This document shows, piece after piece, positions 55,401 to 64,000 of a stretch of DNA of 64,000 nt. Each line of letters begins with the position of its first letter. Position 1 is the first letter of the stretch. The notes beneath the pieces are model-generated. The model did not search any database, was not told the DNA's origin, and saw nothing but the letters and a program-made list of their open reading frames with translations. The position numbers and the translations under genes are program-made. Where the stretch lies: assembly GCA_028534125.1 (NCBI GenBank), contig CM052817.1:20338001-20402000 (forward strand), in the 5' to 3' direction. This DNA is from Lama glama. Taxonomy: Eukaryota.

Positions 55401-57432
55401 TGCAGTAGTGTTCAATAGCAGCAGTAGAATTTGTACTTAGGCTAATGCATTTCAATGTATTCTGTATATAGTTCAAATATATGTATATATATTTATTACA
55501 TATACATAGCTTATATAAAAATACTACGTGAATTATTCTTTTATTCTTTCTGTGAGATTATCACCTCCCATGTAAATTTATACATACACATGCATATACG
55601 TATGCATATATGTGTGCATGCTTTGGGTAACATTCATATGTGTACATATATAGAGTGAGAGAAAAAGAAATTCATAAGGAGAGCATCCAACATCTGCCTT
55701 ATTCTAAGACTCTTATTTTATTCTAAGAAATGTCATTATAGTTACATTATCTCACTCATTTTGACTGATGCTGATTAACCTAAATTAACAAAATCTGAAT
55801 TATAACACTCCTTTTAAAAATGAAGCATTGCTACCTCCATTAAAATTATAAGCAATGCTATCTATGTATTATTCAGTGATGATAATTTAAATATTAAATA
55901 TTTTAATGTTTACAAATATTAAATCTTCAGCATAGGTACAATTATCAGTGATAAACTATTGGTTGTTCATATTATGGGTGGATAAATGGTTACTGTCTTC
56001 ATCATCATTATTAACGGATGTTCAACAAGTTATTTTTGTTTTAAAAATTCTCTACTAGTAGAGATTCTCTACAAAATAGTGGAGTATTAATATTATACAA
56101 ATCTATAGAAAAATAAGATTGACATAAGCAACAGTAAACTAAATGACAACTGCTAAAAGCATTACAGACACTATGGAGATGGAGCCTGCATTAATGAGGT
56201 TTAGTTGTGACAAAGATAGTATGACATACTACACTTCACCAAATAAAATTGATGCAATAAATGTTGTATTATGTTAATAATTTACTTAAACAGGCAATTT
56301 TAGTTAAGTACCTTCCATTAAATTTTAGAAATAAAGTCAGTATATGTGTTATATATTAGCCAAGAAAAAATGATATAGCATGGTTTACCAGGTAAAGTAA
56401 GGACAGTTCACACTTACAGGACTTGCACACTTTTTTCACTTAACCCAGTTTCTTAGAGTATCATCACTGATCTGTGCAACACCAAAATCTCCCCAGGGAG
56501 AAACTGCAAAGGACCCTACCCTAGAGGAATAGAATGTTCACCAATTAGGCCCTGCTTCCTTCCCTTGAAGAAAATCCTAGTCCACTGTTCTTTCGGTACT
56601 TGTTTCTCCCTCTGGGAGATCCTTCGTTTTCTATTTTCCTCCTCTCATCTGAAGAGGACACTGGAAAAAAAAACCCTCCCTGAGAACCACACAGCTTTCT
56701 TATCCTCCTTTCTGTCTCTGGAAGGTTGGGGCCCAAAGTTAAGACTCAAGGAATCACAGTGCTTTAAAACCAGACTAATGATCCCTTGGTAGCACAACTC
56801 TTTCAAAAGCCTGGCTTGCTTTTCTCCTGTTACTCAATTCATATGCTAGTAGCTCACCCACAAATTACTCTTTTTTCCAGACTTAATTGTAGGTAACTGC
56901 AACTTACCAAGCTTTATTGGGGAAGCCATTCCTTTATTCTTTTTCCCGTGAGCCATTTGGTCTAACTTAAGGTTTTCACGAGGCGCTATCTTAATTAATT
57001 TGGAGACTTTAACAAAAGGTTTTACGGTCATGATTCTAAATGACTACTTTCAGAGGAGAGAGGTTTTGAATTAGCCTTTGTTTTCAAAGGCTACCTCAGT
57101 TTTATTTTTTATCTGTTGGAAAAGAGAAGCAGGGCCAGCTTCTGTTCCTGGAAGCTTTGGGAATCTCTGAGCTTTCTATATCCCCATTTTTGCTTACTTG
57201 GTGGCCAATTATTTTCTGATTTAATGTCTTTCTTATAGCACCTGTTCAAAGCAGACCATCTCAACTAGGCACTCTCACAATATTCTCTTTCTCATTCACC
57301 ACCGCATAACATTGCAGTCATTTGTTGGGATTCCAGTAGCAGTCCCCTGGGTATCCACTATCAACAGGGAAAGTTAATATGAAGCCTTTTTGTGTTTGTT
57401 TAATCAGCACCCAATTCTTGGTACTAATTTCT

Positions 57433-57783
57433 GTATTTGGTTCTGTTAAGTATAATACAGGAACAAAAATCCCCATTTTACAGGGACTTCTGACAACAAT
57501 ATTTCTCTCTTGTGTTTTATGTATCTCATGGGTCAGCTGTGTTTCTGCTCTCCATTGTTTCACACCAGGGTCTAAGCTGAAGGAGCTTCCCCTATCTGGA
57601 TCATACAGATCTCATAGCAGAGGGAAAAAAATATTCTACAACAGCTTTAAAGCTTTTGCTTCGGAGCGGCACATATCACTCTGTTCATTTCATTACCCAA
57701 ATCAAGTCATGTATCCAAATGGGGTAGCAAAATACCTTTTTCCTAAAGCAAGAAACATTTGACAACCATTACAATCTGCCACA
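57433..57783 (-). mobile_element. old MaLR LTR (MLT1H-L group)
   Basis: tgtatttgg...gggtcagctgtgtttctgctctcca...agcagagggaaaa...acaatctgccaca. Confidence 0.65.
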
Positions 57784-58900
57784 GAGAGAGAGGAATGCAG
57801 ACATCTGGCCAAGGGAATTTGAGGCACAAGTAACAGCCAAGGCAAAAAGTGGGAATGTGTCTGACACATCCACGGAAGAGCAAGGAGGCCAGTGTGAATG
57901 GAGAAAGGTGTGCAAGCTGGAAAGTTGCCAACCACAGAGAGGGGAGAAGGAGTAAAATTCTGTAGGGCTCTGTAGGCTACTGTAATGAATTTGGCTTTTT
58001 GAGTAAAGGAAGAGTTTTGAGCAAAGAAGTAATGTGATCTTTCATTTTAAAAGAATCACTGTAGCTGCTATGACTAGATGAAATGGACAAAGGGTGTTAG
58101 TAGGGACACAGCTTAGAAGGATACTGCCATCAAAGTGAGAAAGTGACCCCTTAGACCAGGGTGATGGATATGGAGGCACAGAGATGTGGTCAGATGTGTA
58201 TTGAAGATGAGACACAAGGTCTCCGAGTGGGTTTCATACGGGATGTGAGAGAAATAAAAGTCGAAGTTAGAGTCAAACTCTAGCTTCTAACTTGCAACTG
58301 GAAGTTGTCATTAACTGAGTAGGGAAGATTGTGGGCATAGCAGGTTCAGGGAGAAGACTGAGTTCCACTTAGCATACAAGTATGAGATGGCAACCAGACA
58401 TCCACATGTAGATGTCAAGTTTGGGAGAAAGGAGGAGGAATTTAAAAAAAAAAAAAGGAGTTTATGAGCCTATAACTTATTTAAAATCTTCAGATTGAAT
58501 GAAATCAACAAATTGGTGACTAACCAGAAAAGATGACAAAGTCACTCCAATTCTAAGAAATCCAGGAGAAGAAAATGAACAAGGAAGCAAGGCTTAGTTT
58601 TCAGGAGGAAAACGAATAGTGTGTGATATGCTGAGAGTCAAGAAATTAATGTGTTCAAAGAGGCAGGTGTGATCAAGTGTACCAAAGGATGCTGCTAGAT
58701 TATATAAAAAGAGTCTGAGATTTACTCACCAGCTTTAGCAATTTGGAAGTTATTGTGACCTTGAAAAGAACAGTTATGTGAAGTGATGGGGCAAGAGTCT
58801 AACAGGAGTAATTTTAAGAACGAACAAAAGAGAAAAAAAAAAGGACACTGAGTATAGGTAATACATCCAGGAGAGAATGGAATGGGCCTGGGGTAAGTTT
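57784..58900 (-). mobile_element. long L2 fragment
   Basis: gagcaaggaggccagtgtg...ttttgagcaaagaagtaatgtgatc...ttttaaaagaatcactgtagctgct...gtgaccttgaaaagaacagt. Confidence 0.85.
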
Positions 58901-61749
58901 CATAGTGGATTTCATCTTTATATAAAGATGGCTTTTTTTTTTAATAAAAAGTGACAGTAACAATATTCTAACATTTGTTAACTTCCAGAAAAATGGCACA
59001 TAGGTGTTTTAAAGTATGCTTTACACTTTTCATTAAAAGAAAAAAGACAAAAATGCATCCTTTAGAAGAGACTTAAGAAATTCAAACTTTAAGAATTTGA
59101 CAACAGCTTAGAAAATTATGTGGAAAGGAAAAATATTAATTCAACAGAGACTGATTTATTAAGACTATCTTTTATATTGTTAAAAAAAAAACTATAGGGG
59201 TTAATTATAGGTAGGGAGGAAATCCAAGTCCTGGGGCAAGTCTGAGGGATGGGTTGTGATTAGTGAAGGGGAGAGGCAGAAAGAAACCAAGCAAGATGGA
59301 TGACATGCACTTCCTTTATGAAGCTTGGGATCAAAGATTTGTGGCTAATAAGTCAAATTATCTGGGAGTGTCAAGGAGATGAGCTATAAGGTTAGAAACT
59401 AAAGGGAGAGTCAAACAGATGAACTGAGTCAGAAGCGGAAAGTAATTCCAGGCTCTGTGGGAGGAGGAAGGGGGAGCAGCAGGTAGAGAAGATGTAGATG
59501 TGAATTTGGACAGATGAACTAGCCCAATCAGCCATCATGTACCTGAAGAAGTTAATTCTCCACACTTACTTCATAAAGAAAACCAAACTGCCTGTGGAAA
59601 ACATTATGACCCTAAATTTTTCTCCAAGTTTGGTCAGACTGCTTCTGGCCATTTTCAAACAAGTTTATCTATAAAGAACAAGTTATAAATATGGATTTGA
59701 AATAAGCTCCTTTATGGCAGTCACTTTGTTCTCTTATATGTACTTATTCCCCTTAATCTATGCTTAGAAAGTAGGGGGCTCAGTATACACTGTTCAGTGA
59801 ACATTGATGTTCTTATGGTCAATGGACAAGTCGATGGACAAACTTTGTAAACAAATGACTTCAGACATAAACATAACACGTTCATGAATTACATCATATT
59901 TAAAGGCAACAGAAAAAATTGCTTTCCTAAGGACTTTGTTGGATTCCTTTTTAAGGAGAATATATACTTAGGAAATAAAATTTTACCCATTAAGTTTATT
60001 CATTAAATTGTGAGTGTATGGGTATTATTTAGAATGCAGATATAATGTAGTGGTTCAAAATTTAAAGTATTAAGTATCTGAAAAGAAGTGAAAAATATAA
60101 TAAAAGTGACTTGAGGGTTCTTTAAAAAGCTAAATGTAATCAGCGAGAAACAGAATGCAACAAAAATTATCACTATATTGATACTTACTTTAATCACACA
60201 ATAAAAGTGCTTAGTACAATTGATTTATCATTCCAATGCACCAGCTTAGAATTAAGTCCACTATATTAAATCAAGAGTTAATTGGAAAATGTTGCTGAAG
60301 TTAAATAATACAAGTTTTTCTGAGATTAAAGCAGTTTTCTTTTAATAAACCCAAAGGCTACATTATATTTTAATACTTTCCCCATGAATATTTTGGAGTA
60401 TTACTATGCAAAGATCAGCCCTTTAAGAGTTTTAAACAGCCACCAAGTATGATCTCATTTTATCTGATATTTCTGAAGAACTCTTAAAAGTAAATAAGAT
60501 GAGCAAAGCTTTAATTGACATTTCTTGAATTTAAATATGCATAAGGTGATTGATATTTAAACATCATTTACTGAAGAGCTCAATTTCAATGAACCAATCA
60601 ATGTATCAAATTCAGATGTATTACTTCGGGGTGATGAGGGAACAGTAAAGAGGAAAACTTGTTTATATTAGAAAATGGATTTTAAGTATATAACTAGTTT
60701 AATCTACAAAACCTGGTTTTAAAAGATGAATCATATTTTCTGTAACTAAAAACATTATTGTTCTTTGCATTGAAATATTTGTTACCTTTTATTTTATTAT
60801 TTTTTAATTGTAGTATCTTTTGCTGTAAAATGTAAGTCAATGTTTCAAAAGAAAAGTGAATTTTATTATAGGAAACAAAAAAATGTATTAACCTTATACA
60901 TGAACTTTATATAATTCGTCCTTCATAAAAAATATATCTGGAAACTGAGAAGAACGTACATTTGTTTTAAGACCACAAAAATCCATGTAAGGATAGGACT
61001 TAGGATATGAAATATAACTCAAAAAGTTAGATTTTTTTATTACCAGTTGCAAAATGATTCAGTATTCAAGATCCTGTTGAACTTTCAAAAATGATGGAGA
61101 ATCTGTTTTTAACTCAAAAGTCAGGTATCTTTCATAATAGTTTGTAGAGATTAAGAAACCTCAATCTCTGCCCTTTAAAAATGTATTTCATATAGATTTT
61201 TGTTGAATTAGAGAAAGTACTTCAAAATTCAATGTTTTGGATGAATTTTCTAATACAAATGGTGTTGAGATATCTGGTTTTGAAGGTTAAAAATATCACC
61301 CTTTGTATAAAATCTGCAATGCTAAAAAGTAAAATGATTTCATCACTGAAAGAAAAGTTTTTTTTTTTTCTTTGCTTGTAAGGAAAGATAAGGTACACCT
61401 AAACATAAAAGGAAAGGAAGAAGCTATAATGTAAGAGATGGATTTTTAGTATGTAGAAAATGTAAAACATTTTAGGTCAAACATTATCAGAAACAAAGAA
61501 AAAAAGACAATCATTATCCATGAAAAAACACTTGCAACTTTTAGGACAGAGATGTGCTATTATCACTATCAAGTTAGTTTCCACAAATCAATTTTTAAAA
61601 AAGCTAGTAACTTTAGAGAAAAATATTCCCAAACAAAACAGATGAAGATCGAATTAGTGGTAAAAAGGGCTGGTCAGCAGTGGTGAAAACACACAACCTC
61701 ACCTCAGTTTGTAAATGAAGGACAAACTAAAATCATAACTGGGGGCCCA

Positions 61750-62480
61750 GAGGGCCACTTGCAGTTTAGTCCCGCCCTAGTGGAACTGATTTTCGCTCAA
61801 ACTCTTCACGTTTGTAAAACGGCGTCAGTTTACCTTGAACGGTTCGGCATCAGAAGAGGGACCCCGGGGAGACCCCCGCTGGCCTCCCGCCCGCCGTTTC
61901 TCTGCCTCTGGAGCTGGCGGGCCCAAGGTCCCAGCACAACGGCTTTTTCCTTCTGGAAGCATTTCTTCTTCCGGATTCTGTCCGGAAACCAGCTGGAGTC
62001 GGACCGGGTCCAGGACCGGACCGGACCTGGTCCGACCTAGAAAGCAGACCGGGTCCAGTGTGAGGCCTCGGGGAACAAAATGTCGTTTGAAGCCTGAAGA
62101 AGTAGGTGTCAGAAACCAAACCCTGCCCTCTGACTGCAGCGAGCAGGAAGACCCGTTCATTGCAAGGGGTTTGACCTGCAAGGCGGCCGACCTTCGGCAG
62201 CGGAAGCGACGTGTTCCGAGGCGCTCACAGACTCGCGAGTTTTTTATGTGGTAAATGCGGACGTTATTTGTTTTCTTCAGCAGAAGGGTTGCCTGCTGGT
62301 CTGTTTCCCTATTTGGGGAGGGATAGCTGAGTCGAGGACCAGAAAGTCCAGAGATGGCATAAACAGACGATTATGCCATCTTTTGGCGATTGGCCGGCGT
62401 CCTCTGCCGCTTCCTAGGAACTGCAAATTCTTGCAACTGAGGTAAAGTTTCGTTTTCTTAACTGCTCCTGCGTTGGCCAA
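61750..62480. promoter_or_regulatory. CpG island, probable bidirectional promoter
   Basis: Abrupt GC/CpG enrichment in an otherwise CpG-depleted window; GC boxes cccgccc (61771, 61886), ETS-like gcggaag (62200), CGCG palindrome actcgcgagt (62231-62240), YY1-like gccatctt (62375), reverse CCAAT (gattggc, ~62388); outward-facing splice donors on both sides. Confidence 0.85.
61834..62160 (-). other. putative first exon of an unidentified minus-strand transcript (coding status unknown)
   Basis: Donor AAG|GTAAAC at 61834/61833 at the island edge; frame open from ATG 62160 (109 codons) or ATG 61962 (43 codons, MLPEGKSRC...AEPFK) to the donor in phase 0; peptide not recognised. Confidence 0.4.
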
Positions 62481-62619
62481 CTCCACTTTGTCCCCAACAT
62501 AAGTGACTCCATTTTAGTTTGGGTTCTACAGGGGTTAACCCACCAAAGATATTAATATTGTTATAGTGGCCACAGTGGAGAACTTTTAACCGTTTATGAG
62601 ATGCCCTAGAGAAAGTGGT

Positions 62620-63840
62620 CTCAGCCAGCAGTCACTCTAAAGGTTAAAAGGAAAATTATTTTTCCTCCTCTGCAGTTTCTGGCGACCAGAATGAGACCCA
62701 CAGGGACATCCCGCTGACCCTGGAGCCTGCAGATGGCATCCTGGCAAAACAGGCAGAAGCCGGCAAATGGTAAGAATTCCTCCTGTTGCCGGAGAATTGG
62801 TTCTTGTCTCGGGCAGGAAAGAATCCAAAAGCGACGCATAGTAAAATGAAGGAAGTTTATTCAGGGAGATAGCACACTCCATAGACAATGTGGTGGTCTC
62901 AAAAGGCAAGAGAGGTGTGGCGTTGTTTGTTTTTATGGGTTTGGTAATTTCATGTGCTAATGTGTAGGAGGATTATTCCAGCTATTTGGAGGAAGGGGCC
63001 AGGATTGCCAGGAAAGTCCCTCACCACTCTGCCTACTATTTGACCTTTTATGGGCAGCCTAGGAACTGTTGTGGTGCCTGTGAGTGTGCCATGAGGCTCA
63101 AGGTCTATAGGAAGTCAAATCTTCGACCCTCTTGGTTCTAAACAGTTTGTCCTGTCCTCAATTGCTGTGTTATTCCTTCATTGGTTTCGCTCAGCCCCCC
63201 TTTCCTTCCGTCCCACTACCTAAGTCAACTCTCCCATATGTCTATCTGTGGAGTCTGGTTGAGCGTGGAAGGTAAAATTTCACATTATCGCTTCCTTTCC
63301 AAAATCAGATTGGCAGAAAGAAAACATTGGTTATTGATCCCAGGGACAGCTGTTGCCTTTTTGTTTGTCTCATTTGTGTCCTGAGAACTTGGCTTGGCCA
63401 CCAACAGTTTGGGGACCCCCAAAATATGGTTGAACAGAAATGTGCGTTGCCTTCCATTTGCAGCTAGGGTCCTAATGAGTGCTGCCTGCCCTTAGGGGAA
63501 TTGTCTAAGTCTTGTTTTCTTTTGATTATTTCTCTTTGGGAGTGGCTCTGAATCCTGGGAGAGTAGCATCTTTTGCACCCTGCTGGGGACCCTTTTTGTG
63601 TGCATAGAGTTGTTCAGTATGGTCAGGAGTATTTCCTGTTTGTGCTGGCTGAGACTTGACAAAGCATTTGATAAGAGTTTTCCTTAAGCATCTCTAGGAT
63701 CAGAAGTTGGCTAGATTGGAAGCTGATGTTCAGAACTTGATAGGAACCATTTTTTAAGGCCTTCTCCTGTAAGCTAAAATGAAACTGTGTACCCAAAGGG
63801 AAAGAAAAATATTCTGAAATGAATTTGTAACACTTACCAG
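62620..63840 (+). mobile_element. ERV1 (MER34-like) provirus 5' remnant: LTR 3' end, PBS and leader/internal sequence
   Basis: aaggaaaattatttttcctcctctgca (ends 62674) matches the MER34-family LTR terminus as I recall it; TGGCGACCAGAATGAGAC at 62680-62697 is a degenerate tRNA-Arg PBS; leader donor atg|gtaaga at 62769/62770. The right boundary is approximate. Confidence 0.7.
62784..63214 (-). mobile_element. ERV1-class solo LTR inserted antisense in the ERV leader
   Basis: Reverse strand has aataaacttcc...ggattctttcctgcccgagacaagaacc...ccggcaaca (polyA signal, U5, CA end); leader-like sequence resumes after ~63215. Confidence 0.7.
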
Positions 63841-64000
63841 AGACTTAAAAAAGAATATTTATATTTTAATCCAGAAATGAATACTACTATAGAAATTTTT
63901 TTTAAAAAAGTTAGAAACTTAGTCTAAGATAAAAAGAAAATGAAATGAAATATACACCTAAAATGTATACAAAAGAATGGCCACTGGGGAATTATATAGG

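Noticed and set aside
57379..57762. 127-aa hydrophobic ORF
   Set aside because: Lies almost entirely within an antisense MaLR LTR.
61835..62254. 139-aa plus-strand ORF and other overlapping ORFs in the CpG island
   Set aside because: Non-ATG start, composition typical of GC-rich non-coding DNA, and several frames open at once.
1..64000. Prokaryote-type systems (CRISPR arrays, operons, defence islands)
   Set aside because: The sequence is mammalian; the only direct repeats are two-copy tandem duplications and TSDs, with no repeat-spacer arrays.

Overview
AT-rich mammalian genomic DNA, most likely camelid (two tRNA-derived SINEs of the Vic-1 type and camelid-style L1 3' ends; recognised from memory, not by search). 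About 61.7 kb of the window is intronic or intergenic. It is dominated by decayed interspersed repeats (L1, L2, MIR, MaLR/ERVL LTRs, hAT DNA transposons), has several nested insertions with readable target-site duplications, and contains a 500-N assembly gap. I can identify no protein-coding gene; nearly all ORF-track entries look spurious. The only GC/CpG-rich segment (~61750-62480) looks like a bidirectional CpG-island promoter. It has a minus-strand first exon and, on the plus side, a splice donor facing a 5'-truncated MER34-like LTR end, a degenerate tRNA-Arg primer binding site and ERV leader sequence, so a host promoter may have replaced the LTR promoter. Other notable signals are a tandem duplication that doubles a perfect heat shock element, a CAG|GTAAGT recursive-splice-like site, and a twin-primed L1 inversion. 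Repeat family names are by-eye calls and boundaries without TSDs are approximate.
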